From contig NW_025964390.1 in assembly GCF_023055435.1 (NCBI RefSeq), positions 930,001-994,000 of the forward strand: 64,000 nucleotides of DNA. The letters run 5' to 3'. The translations under genes and the position numbers were made by a program. Below are positions 12,220-25,100 of the stretch, in pieces. The DNA is from Haliotis rufescens (taxonomy: Eukaryota). Under the pieces are notes generated by a model, which was given only the letters and a program-made list of their open reading frames with translations, ran no database searches and was not told the origin of the DNA. Within the stretch, counting starts at the first letter, position 1; each line of letters opens with the position of its first letter.

Positions 12220-13116
12220 TGATGAAGGAGTAAGTGCATACACTAAACGTTGTGTTCCTCATAAAGAAGTTGACATCCATAAATTTTCTTCCTTATGTGT
12301 ATCACTTCTAAATGCCTTTCAAAGACTTGATAAATGAAGATGATGGCAATTCTAGTATAAGATATAACATGCTATCAAAATACCATGAAAATAGGGTTCC
12401 CATGAAAACAGGTGAATGGACAGTATGTCAGATTTGCTTTTAAACATATAAATTTACGAATTAACCTATTTCACTTCATAATCAGTTCTGAAGTCAGGGT
12501 TGAAAGTTATATGTCATTTAATGTCCAATTCTGTTGTCATTTTGTTTTTGTTTCATAGTTTTAAAACCCACACAATGTAGTAGTTTTTGCTGTATGCTGG
12601 TAATGACTAATATACATGCGTGTGCAGCAAACATGTGCATGGTCATATGATTGTTGCTGTAGTGGTCTTGTTTCAAACTGGTAACTGATCGTCGAAAATA
12701 TCTTTTTGCCATAGCTTGTTAGGTGATGACAATATATTAGTGATGCGTGTGAAAGTCAAAGAACCACCACAAACACAGACAAACATGGAATACCAAACAG
12801 CCAAGCAGCTTCACCATTGTTTTGCGTAACAGTCTCAAAACACGCATAAGACATTAAGATTAACACAAAGTATGAAGGCTGTAGCCATTAAGTAGGGCAA
12901 GTAAAATATAATGAGGGCTTGCAACATTTTTCGACAAGCCCTCCTGGCCAGTGAACTTTGGCAACTAATTCCTACACTGCATGGGGAAATTATCAGTCCC
13001 AAAAGAATTTGAACTTGCATCTTTGGTAGCTTTGAACATGACATGATTTTTTGAACATGTATACTTTTCTTCTTTTAGATTTCTTTTCATGGTGGAAGAT
13101 CATTAACACCTTCAAG

Positions 13117-16100
13117 ATGTCTCGTGCACAGGCAGAGAGTGTCATTAAGAACATCATCCGGGAAATAGCACAAGAATGTGCCAGCAAGGGACAGGCAGTC
13201 TCAGAAACACTTGTTGCTTTTATGGTAAGAGTTTACAAGAAGATTGATTTTATCTTTTTCTGTGCATTATTAATGTACAATTTTATATCAAATTTATATC
13301 AAATAGGAAGAAGGCTTCATAATCTAGTACTTGTATACCAGGTAGTCTCTGCCATGCCATCCTCAGTAATCAAGGGTATTTATTTCCATTCTATTATGCT
13401 ATATACCCTGGACCCAATCGCCACCAAACCTCCTTTGCAGAAGTGTTGTCACCATCTTCATCTCTCTTATCACTGGACCGCCTCCCTGGTCTCATTGGTA
13501 GAGCATCTTGGGGGTTTGATCCCTGTCCTCGTCATAACCAAAAGACGTTAAAAGATGGTACTTGTTGTTACCCTGCCAGTGCTTGGCATTATGGGGATAA
13601 AACAAGGACTGGTCGGCTCGGAGTCAGTATACTGTGTCTGAGTGGGGTATTCATGTTAAACTGCAGGATGGTATCTATGGTAAACTGTGGGATAGCACTA
13701 TAAAATCGGCATTAGTCCGGACTAGTACAAGCAGCCACATACACATGCATGCATACATAATCTTATTAAATCATTTATTTAATCATTAAATCCTATTTCA
13801 CCTCAACTGTTATCACTGTCTCAGTACAGAATTACTTTCCCTCACTTGAGATGAACAGCCAATCTGAAGACTTTTTTTAATCCAAGTTCTGCATAGATCT
13901 ACATTCAAAATCATGTCCTCATCTGAACGAGTCCTTTAACTATAGCCGGACTATTGATGAGTGCAGCATTAAACCAAAAAAAACCCCCAAACAACAAAGT
14001 TTTTTAATCTCATTAAAATCAGACCTTAGTTCTCGCTACAGCTAAACAAAGATCTGATGACATCCCATTAGGGGTCATGTCAGAACGACCTATCATCCAA
14101 CCAATCAGAGCGTCGCTTACCAGATTATGAAAGTGACAGTCGGAATGTGATGTCTCATCATGCATCGTCGAAAACCTTAACACGGGGTATTCCAAACAAT
14201 AGTTTCGGGTTTAACGACTGAATCCATACAATCTAGACCATCTATTAGCCATACCAGAATGTTCTTTTGTTCAGGTTTCAAATTTGTAATCGAGAATTTG
14301 TCAAAATATGTTTCAAAGCGTAGTTGCCAATTTGAAATTAGTGCCGTAACGCACGAGAAAGCTGCCTACTGATTGGTCATTCCATTGGTCGGTCAAAATT
14401 CGCACAAGGTCGGTCTGACGTGACCCGTAATGGGATGTCCTCAGATCTTTGTTTAGCGGTAGCGAGAACTAAGATCTGATTTTAATCAGTTTGCCAAGTT
14501 TTATGATTGCCTCCTCAGTGATTGTTTTAGAGTTACTGACAAATTTGGAACAAATCTGGTATCATACATATCAATTGTTGAATTTATAATATTTCAGGTG
14601 AAAGCAGTCGTATTGGATCCTGCAAATGAGTTCAACGTTGATCGGACGCTGACTAAAGAAGATGTTCAGAAACTCATCAAGGTAAATTAATAAACAATGA
14701 AGCAGCACCACCACCACTTATGCAAAATCTTATATAAACCTCAATTTTAAAATTAACACACATTCCTTTGGTTTGGGATCACATTTCAGTTAAGCCCCAT
14801 CTGGATGATAATATTTGCAAGATTGTTTACTTGCTGAAACTGACTTCTTAATCTGATCAGTGAGGTGTCTGTGTTTGGAGACATTAAATGGGAATCCGTT
14901 TGCTGGAATAACATAGTTTTCATCCTCAGTCTAGACAACCAAGGGTACACTTGCAGTATACCGGATACTTGTCGGCCTTGTTTGTTTGATGCTTCTTCAT
15001 GAGGCAGCATTTGACAGCAGGCACAATTGTAAAGTTGTAAAAACAGTGTTCAAAATTAGGCATCAAGGGGCCCTTGTCAGAACCCTAATGTTGAATATTT
15101 GAAATGGATTGGGTTGGGAACACACACACACCCCAACCCCACCATACACGTGCTCGTTGGTTTCACCAAACTGGTAAACGTCTGAGACCTGCATCACTTC
15201 AGGCTTTCCTCCCACATTAAGCTGATAAGTTGTGATATAACTGGAATACTGTTCAAAGCTGCGTAACCCGACTCACTCACTCACTCACTCACTCACTCAC
15301 TCACTCACTCACTGGTGAGTCGGTCAAAGTTCGCGAAAGGTCGTCTAGGCATGTGATTAATCCTGTTTTGTTTTTTTAAAGCAGTATTTGTTTATTGTTA
15401 AGCAAGTTTATCTCTGCAGCCGTTGAAATATGCACCTACTCGCCCACTCGTCTCGCATCAAAACACAGGGCTGTGTACTCGCGGGCAGATGACCACGGAG
15501 TACGCTGATCACTGTGTCGGATTAATGAGACTGATTAATGAGTGATTTCAGCAATTCGTTGCAAATTAGGTGTGTCGGAGTCGGAGTGCGAGACTGTCAG
15601 ATTAACGGGTCTAAATAGCACTGATTAAATCGGTTCCCATCATTTGTGTCGGCTATAGCCAATTGTCTGATAAACGAGTGTCGTATTAATGCGACTTGAC
15701 TGTATGTGTTCACTGATGGACTCACAGCTGATCAGGTGTCTTGAATGTTTCAGTTATGTGTTGACTGTTTGATGGACTCCAGGTCCCCGTCCCTGGACAC
15801 AGTGAAGATGCAGGTGTACTTTGACATGAACTACACAACGAGATGTAAGTGAATCCCATTTTATAATCCTATGTCTGTCAGTCCATCACTGCCTCTATGG
15901 TGTAGTGGATGGAGCATCTGCCTGGAGAGCAATAGGCCGGTGGTTCAATCCCCAGCCACGTCATACCAACAGGTGTTAAAAGATGGTACTTGTTATCTCA
16001 CCTTGCGCTGAGCATTAAGGGGCTAAAACAAGGACTGGTTGGCTTGGAGTCAGTACACTGTGGCTAAGTGGGATATTCATGTACTGCGGCATGGTATCTC

Positions 16101-19100
16101 AGTGGGCTGGCACTATAAAACTGGCATCATTCTGGACTAGTTCAAACAGCCACACACATGTTGCTTTATAAGTACAATAATCTTGAGTACAATGTTAAAC
16201 CCTCTGGTTTCACCACACCACATCTCTGTCTGGACCACAAGACTCCAGAATGAGGCTTTTCACAAGAGTTGGTTGGTTGGTTGGTTGGTTGGTTGGTTGG
16301 TTTCATTGTTTTACGCCGCACTCAGCAATATTCCAGCTATATGACGGCGGTCTGTAAATAATCGAGTCTGGACCAGACAATCCAGTGACTGATGTCATGA
16401 GCATCGGTCCACGCAATTGGGATCGATGACATGTATCAACCAAGTCAGCGAGCCTGACCACCCGATCCTGTTAGATGCCTTTTACGACAAGCACAGTTGC
16501 CTTTTGTGGCAAGCATAGGTTGCTTTCATTCATGCTTGATATTACTTCTATTTTTGTTTTGAGAACTGATGTATTATACCTTTACCACCTTAAAATGTCA
16601 TTGTGCTTTGTGTACAAGAAAAATTTGCAACATTTGTTCCAGTCTACCATATTCAATAACCGCCCAGTGCACTCTCAAAATTGGAAATAGGGGGCTCATA
16701 TTAGAATATTATTTTGGTGAAAGATTAAAAATTTCATTGTTTAGACTGACAGCCTGAAATGATAGAAAAGAAAAGTCTGTGCGTATTAATTGCCCGTAAT
16801 TAAGGGTGCATATAACACACTAGTGCGTATCATACACGAATAAATAAGTCTTGTGTACATTGATCAATCAGAAGGGGTGGTAATTGGGCACAAAAGCACA
16901 AGTGGGCGCATATTAGACAGGGCGCTTATTATGTCGAATACGGTAGTTCTTATAGAAGAAGTTCTCTGTTGAGATTCTGGGTTACAACTGGTCCCATGCA
17001 AGCTATAATAGACGGGGTGGTCATACTCAGTCACTGACTTGGTGAAATGTGTGTCTTCATACCCTGCCAGTGTGGGTCTTTTCTTATATCAATCACTGGA
17101 TTGTCTGGTCCAGACTCGATTACTTACAGGCCAGTGTCATATAGCTGAAGTATTGCCAAGTGTGTTACGATTATATTGTATAACACCAACAAAAGTTCAG
17201 TTTGTGTATTGTCTCTTCCACTGTCTGAGGCCAGGGGCTCGGGTTGCTGGATTCTCTGCAGAGTTGCGTTCCTTAGGCGTGCCAGGAAGCTATGATTATG
17301 GGTTCGAATCCCGATTAGCCTGACTATGTTTCTAAGTTCATCAGCATCATAATCATGCTCATGGGTTTCCCAAAGTGGGAAATGTCTGAGACCTTCATCA
17401 CTTTAAGCTTTCCCCCCACATGACACAAGAGCGGTCGGATAGCCGAGTGGTTAATGCGACCTGTGTTAGACCTGTGTTCGATTCCCAACATTGGTACCAT
17501 GTGTGAAGCACATTTCTAGTGTCCCCTGCCGTGATATTGCTGGAATATTGCTAAAAGCAGCCTAAAACTGTACTCACTCCCACATGAAACACTGTGATAT
17601 CACAAACTAATTGTAGTGCGTTTAAAACATAGTTTGTTATAAGCATTTCAAATGAATTTCCTGTCATCGTCGCATTTGAAGACAGAATTTATCCACTTCA
17701 AAGGCTATAGCCAATTCACTATTTTCCATTGTAATTTGAGGGTGTTAATTGGGGTCAAGATGTCAGTACTTAATCCAGTTTATCACTTGCCTTCAATTTC
17801 TTGCCGTTTTGGAGAGACGCGCATGGCCCTGTTTTCATTTGTGACACATGAGCAGCTCAGAGATTAACAGCTCGTTATGAACAAAAGCATTGTGGGACCA
17901 CAAAATGAGTTCGCTATATCTGTGATTTCGTTCTAAGTGTGTTCGTTCGATCCATTAGTTTTATATGATAAAGTATACAGCCAATGGCTGGGACCCACGA
18001 AAAAGTGCATTATATCCTTCAGTTCGTTATAAACATTGTATACTGTATTGTTCACAATGGCATTGAACCCAACTCACTCACTTACTCCAGGGGCGGTCGG
18101 GTAGCCTAGTGGTTAAAGCGTTCGCTTGTCACGCCGAAGACCCGGGTTCGATTCCCGACATGGGTACAATGTGTGAAGCCCATTTCTGGTGTCCCCCCGC
18201 CGTGATATTGCTGGAATATTGCTAAAAGCGTCGTAAAACCATACTCACTCACTCACTCACACTTACTCCACCAGCGGACTTCCTGGAGGAACATCGTCGT
18301 GTCCTGGAGTCTCGCCTGCAGCCAGTCATCCGGGAAATCACGGACAGTCGGGCCCGGACTCGCGAGGAACTGGAGAGTCTGTACCGGAAGATTGTCTCCG
18401 CGGTTCTCCTCCGATCTGGTCTGGGGAGTCCAACCGACATCGCAGTCGTCAGAGAGGCCACAGGTAGGTGTCTGTTTTATTATTATGGGTCAACAGATCG
18501 AGTGTAGTTTCTTTCCACATTGGCACCTGTATATCTGAGTGATTCTCAATGCTGTTTGATCAGTTAAAGCGACACTATAAAGAACGATTTGAGATGATGT
18601 CATCCATTGTTTGTGATGTCAGAAATTGTTAACATTACATCATTTGAACAATAGGTTGAATAACAATAATAATAACAAAGTGAGTAACTCAGAATTATTG
18701 ATTATCTGTCTCTTGTTCATGTTATCCATCACTGGTTTGTCTGGTCCAGAATTGATTGTTTAAAGGTCGCTGTGATTTGCTGAAATAATAGGAGCTATCT
18801 GCAGTGTTAAGCCACAGTCATTTATTATTTAATGTGATAATGAAAATACTAGATTGATAACATATTGATGATGAATATGGTTGTGGTATTATTACATCTA
18901 TCGATATTTGATACTTACTATCTATCAATGTATTGCTATCAAATATAATCGATTATTACAGTCTGTGCCAAAATCTTTTGAGTCTACTCGCCCACACACA
19001 TGAGATTTTAGTATTATCACAGGAGCTTACTTGACCAAACAGAATTTTGCTAGACTGGTTTCGAACTATCGGCTAAAGTTGCAGACCGTCATTAATTGAA

Positions 19101-22100
19101 ACACTGTACACATACGTCACCTCTGTGGTCAAGTGGATAGAGCGTCTGCCTGGAGAACAGAAGGTCTTAGGGGTTCAATCCCCGGCTGCGTCATACCAAA
19201 AGACATTAAAAGATGGTACTTGTTGTTAACCTGCCTTGCGCTTGGCATTAAGGGGCTAAAACAAGGACAGGTCGGCTCAGAGTCAGCATACTGTGTCTGA
19301 GTGGGGTATCCATGTTACACTGCAGCATGGTATCTCAGTGAGCTAGCACTATGAAATTGGCAGTAATCCGGACAAGTATAAGCAGCCACACACACACACA
19401 CACACACATATACATGTAAGTAGCTGTATAAGTGCACATATAAATTCGACTGGCTGAGGCTCTGTAAGTGTGACTTGTTATTACAGCTGCCCTCCAGAGT
19501 GTTTTCCCTCAGACTGAGCTGGGCACATTCATGTCACTGACAAAGAGAGACAAGGAAAGACAACTCCTGGAGCTGACGATGATCGTGACTGGAATCCGAC
19601 TGTTTAACAAGGAGTGCGGGAAGGGTGGTGAAGGCATTGATGACTGTGAGTAACCTTGACATTGACCAAAAATTAATAATGTGGTGCTTGATGTGAGCAT
19701 TTTCCAAACAAGGTACATTTTTTGGGAAAATATATCCATATGGTATATGTTCAAATTACAATTATACTGTTATTCTGTTTCACATTTTATTATTCATTAC
19801 AGTCAGAGATTGTATTATGTTCTTTTTAATATTTCTTTCTAGGTTATGTGTACATATTATGTGTGTATTTTGCCCCTAGCCCATATCATCTTCCCGAGGC
19901 AAGAGAGTTAACTGACTATAAAAGTCCAGTTTCCACCCTTGCCGAACTAGGCTGGTATTATGGAGGTACATTTTGGCTGGACTAACAAGTCTACTCATAG
20001 TGCAATCAAAATCATGCACCGAAATCGAAATCTGTCGTGCAGATTTCGATCGATTGCAGGATTTGCAAAGCACATGCACCGCCAACTCGTTGTCAGCAGA
20101 TATTTTCCAAATCTTTTCATGTTTATAATCAAGGTGTTCACGTGATTTGATGCATTTCGTGATGTAAGAGCCGTTTTATCACAATATAGATCTTGATTAT
20201 CGATCGCATCATCTTGACTGGGCGCCACCATTTTGTTTAAAGCAAACGCAATGATACGAGAGGTAGAATCTGAATGGTCCATAGGAGAGGCTTAGAAGGG
20301 ACATAACTGGTAATAGCCACTGCTGGTGCTACGATGGAGCCCAGTAACTCCAGCCTAGGTCGGCAGGTGTGGAAACTGGATCGTTAAAACTGTTAAAGTC
20401 AGTTAACTCTCTTGCGTCGGGAAGATGATTACGAGGCCAGTCTTCATGCAATAGCGTGACTCAGTAAATATTTCGGTCACAGTGATCTAAATACTGTCCT
20501 GTTTTCAGTGCCGGCTATCCTGAATGAAGCTGTCCCTGCCACGACTCAGAGTGTGGACACCGAGATTCAGGGGACACTCAAATGTGCCTATGAGTACACA
20601 GGTAGGAACATGCTCCAAGTGAGTGAGTGAGTGAGTGAGTGAGTGAGTATGGTTTTATGCCGCTTTTAGCAATATTCCTGCAATAACTCGGCGGGGGACA
20701 CCACAAATGGGCTTCACACACTGTATCCATGTAGGGAATCGAACCCAGGCCTTCGGCATGACAAGAGAATGCTTTAACCACTAGGCTAACCCACCGCCCC
20801 AAACATTCTCAGAACGTTATATGTCAAGCATCTTTCGGGGTTCTGGTTAGAATGGGTGCCCAGCAAGCTATGTATGTCATACAAAGCAACTTAATGGCTT
20901 AGACACAAAACTGCTTGTTGTCAATTCTCCAAAAATTATATGTTGCTATAAGTTTTTGTTTTGTTTATTGTTCTTTTTTCTTTAATATTATCATTTTCCT
21001 GATTGAAAGAAATAAGGGAACAGATGTAGCATGGCACCCTGATGTTCATAAGTGTTTGAACAACACGTTTTGACGTTCCTGAGACTGTATTCTTGAAATA
21101 TGTAAACACTGACAGACTTTTTCCACACTCCTGGAAATATACCGTATCCAGAAGTGTTGTCTCTGATCATTCAGAAAGTTTAATCTTGAAGTCAGTGTAT
21201 TTGTATTCCACTCAATCTGTAAGCATGACATTCATACAAGCTAATACAATGTTTGGCCCTCACTTTATTAAGGACCGCCTCCGTGGTCTAGTGGTAGAAC
21301 GTCCGCCCGGGGAGCGGAAGGTCCGGGGTTCCATCCCTGGCCACGCCATACCAAAAGACGTTTAAAGATGGTACTTGTTGTTACCCTGTCTGGCGCTCAG
21401 CATTAAGGGGCTAAAACAAGGACGGCTCGGAGTCAGTATACTGTGTCTGAGTGGGGTATTCATGTTAATCTGCAGCATGGTATCCCAGTGAGCTAGCACT
21501 ATAAATCGGCATCAGTCCGGACTAGTACAAGCAGCCACACAAACACACACACGTACATGCACGTCGCTATATAAGTGCAATAATCTTGGACGCGACGTTA
21601 AACCCCATTTCACCTCACCTCACTTTATTAAGGTTCATACTCCAATGAACTGGCACCAAGTGAAAGTCAGTTCTTGAATGATACTTTGTCAGATAGTGGC
21701 ATTGACTGGTTTGTCCTTCAGGCCTGATTGAACACATCTACCACAATGAGGGGTTTGATGGTCCGTCTCTGCAGCTGCTGAAGGAGGCCCTCATCAACAC
21801 TCGCCAGCATGAAGCCTTCCTCAGAGTCATCCTGGTGGGTAGCCTGCGTGCTGTATCTCACCCAATCTCATTAAAATCAGATTTTAGTTCTCGCTATCGC
21901 TGTACAAAGATCTGAGGACATCTCATTACAGGTCACGTTAAAACGACCTTTCATCCGACCAATCAAAGCGTCGCTTACCAAATCAATAAAGTGACAGTCG
22001 GAATGTGTTTTCTAATCATGCAACCTCTAAAACGTTAAAACGTGGTATTCAGAACGACAGTTACGGCCCGTACGATTGATTCCGTCAAAATTATCGTGGG

Positions 22101-25100
22101 ATAAACATTTGAATGGAATTGTTATTCGTTTCAGTGGTCGGTTAAAGTTCACGAAAGGTCGTTCTGATGTGACCCATAATGGGATGTCCTCAGATCTTTG
22201 TTTATCGGCAGCGAGAACTTAGATCTGATTTTAATGAGATTTTATCTCACCCTTGTGTCTTTTGATGTCAAATATATCAGCATTAGTTTATAAAAGTTTA
22301 AACTTTGATGCTTGCCAAGGAGTTATGAACCTTTGTTGACAAGCGTAGATATATGATTGATAGCAAAACACACGACGGTGAGATTCTTTTTTTTTATCCA
22401 AAATCATTCTTTTTCAGTTTGTAAACAGTAATCACCTGTGTCTTGATTGTTGATTGAAGTACAAATAACCAGCTTTAGTGGCAGAGAGATTAGTGATGTC
22501 ATGGTAACCGATGATGTCACAATAGTCTGCAAAGCATTGTTATGCAATTTCATTGTTAAGAACTCTCCTATGGAAACCAGTTTGGATGTTGAATTGGTGT
22601 CCAGTATGAATTAAATTGTGAATGTACAAAGTAGAGAAGAATAATTAATTTGATTATTTACATATTATTCTTATATTATTATGGATATGATAAAGATGTA
22701 TTTTTTTGTAACATGATTTGATTATATAGCAACTGACAATATTAAGGTATCACATTGTATCATTTCTTGATGAAATTCTTTTCTCGCCAAGATGTATCTC
22801 TATGTTAGAAAAGTTGCAGATATCCAATACATGTGTGTATGTATAATGATAATTATGTAAGTATAACATTCCCAGTCATAATGTTCTCGGGTATGTACCT
22901 GATATTGACTAATCACTGCATCATTTCCTCCAGAATGACGTCATCAGCTGTGCCCACCAGGTGGAACAGCTGGAGAATCAGCTGGCACAGCGCATGGAAC
23001 AGCTGCAGGCAACGGTGCAGTCCAAGACAGCTGTGCCCACAGCACAAGTTTATGTAAGTAGAACTGACCCCGGAATCATGAAAGTGAACTTTGCTCATAT
23101 TTTCCTAAGCACTATATTTGTCTTAAGTTTTGAAGATTTGGCTTAGCTAAGTTTAAGTCTGAGGGATGCATGCATGCATGATTTAGCATACAACAGTAAG
23201 TGTGGGAACTCTCCAGTCAAGGGAGATGTGAAAGTCGGGTAGTTTGTAAACACAGCTGTTGCATGTCGTCTGCTCTTGGTATCAACCTGTCAAAATGGAT
23301 GAGAAGATATGTAAGGCAAATTGGACACTAGAAGAAGAGGTGTTTGTTGAGGAAGTCACCATAATATGGACTTAATTTAATTAATCCCAGGGGCAGATCT
23401 TGTGCAGGTTACAAGATTAGATAGGCACTTAGTTACCTACATTGATTGATAAAGGGTAGGGCAAAGTCTCAAACTCTTTCAGTCTTCAGAAGCAGTTGCA
23501 GCAACTAATTTGATAAAAATATTAATCAACAAACATGTTTGTGGAGAGAGTGGTGGGAAAATGTGAAGGCTCAGACTAAATTAATACTGCAGTGTTATTT
23601 GGTCTACACACAAAACGTCCCTTGGGCACGCCAGAAACCTATGATTGTGTGTTCGAATCCCGGTTCGCCCCGATTATGTTTCTAGGTTTGTCAGCACCAT
23701 ACCCGTGCTCGTGGGTTTCACCGAAGTTGTAAACATCCGAGACCTGCATCACTTCAGGCTTTCCTCCCACATTAAGCTGACACGCCGTGATATAACTGGA
23801 ATACTGTTAAAAGCGGCGTTAAACCAAACTCACTCACTCACTCACTCTACACACAAAAGAAAAGATAATTAGTTTCAAATCGGTCTGTGCCCAGAACTTG
23901 AGAGCCTACAGCCCAAACCTGTTTCTGCATCATTTTCAACACGTGAAGATCCATGTTAGAATAGGTCTCCAGCAACCCATGCTTGTCGTAAAAGGCGACA
24001 AATGGGTTTGGCTGGTCAGACTCGCTGACTTGGTTGATACATGTCATTGTATCCGAATTGCGTAGATCGATGCTCATGATGTCAATCACTAGTTTGTCTG
24101 GTCCAGACTTGATTAGTTACAGACCGCCGTCCTATAGCTGGAATATTGCTGAGTGTGGCGTTAAACAACAAACAGACAAACTTAGCATCATTTTAAGTAG
24201 ATTTAAGATCACATGAAGACTTTGATATCTGAACGTACCAAAAGAACTTTTACATTATGCCATTATTAGCTATGGTCCCATACTGCCATTGTTTCCACTT
24301 GAATGTCCACCCTTGTTTTCAGCCCCAGTTCATCCATCTGGCCCAGCTGTGGAGCGGCTTCCAGGACGAGATGGTCCTCCTCAGTGTGCTCAGCAACATC
24401 CTCGCCAGTCTGGAGCCCTTCACCAGGGTGAGGGACGGTCACTGATCATGCTGATGCGGGATGTTTTGTTTCTTTAATGCTTCCCTCAGCAATTTTCAAG
24501 CTTTTTTATGGCTGTCTGTAAATAATCAAGGGATTTTTGTAGCAATGTCATTAATATCACATGTTCTTCAATTCATACACACATCAAACTGACATGTTAA
24601 TGAAATACTGTTCAGTACAGCATAAGACTTAACTTATGTGTAGGTATGTCAATAATGTGTATATAATTGCGTCTGTGGATCAAGGTCACAAGGAACTGTT
24701 CAGTACAGCATAAGACTTAACTTATGTGTAGGTATGTCAATAATGTGTATACAATTGCGTCTGTGGACCAGGGCCACAGGGAACTGTTCAGTACAGCATA
24801 AGACTTAACTTATGTGTAGGTATGTCAATAATGTGTATACAATTGCGTCTGTCCGATCAGGGTCACAAGGAACTGTTCAGTGATGAGGTTCTACACCCCT
24901 ACCTGGAGAGTCTCTCCATCCCCAGTGACGAGGAGAGGATCAAGCAGGTGAGCGGACTGTCAGACTGAAGCTTCATGTATTTTAGAGGATGTGTGGAAGT
25001 TATTTGCATTATGTAGAAAATAACCTATGACCTGAAAGGAATTACGGATTATCTGTCCCAAGAGAATTAATTTTGTAACAAACCCACATTGGACAGGTAA

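Larger units (their letters stand above)
9930..12300 (-). mobile_element. Non-autonomous Penelope-like element: inverted terminal arms with hammerhead-ribozyme-like cores around a minisatellite
   Basis: The reverse complement of 9935-10020 (tcacCTGATGAagaagtaagcatatactctGAAACattgtgtttctcataataaagaagttgacagtcataaattctcttcc) aligns with + strand 12220-12292 (TGATGAaggagtaagtgcatacactAAACGTTGTGttcctcataaagaagttgacatccataaattttcttcc). Confidence 0.65.

Noticed and set aside
13051-13551. 166-aa ORF as a single-exon gene
   Set aside because: Only 13117-13224 is CFAP206 coding sequence; the rest is intron read-through and SINE.
18090-18165. tRNA-like sequences (Asp-like heads here and in other copies; Leu-like heads in family A)
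   Set aside because: They are SINE heads joined to a body, tail and TSD, without a proper acceptor stem or terminator, so they are not tRNA genes.
24772-24819. 48-nt poison pseudo-exon within the CFAP206 acceptor array (ccag|..tag|gtatgt)
   Set aside because: The downstream intron would be only 41 nt, probably too short to splice.
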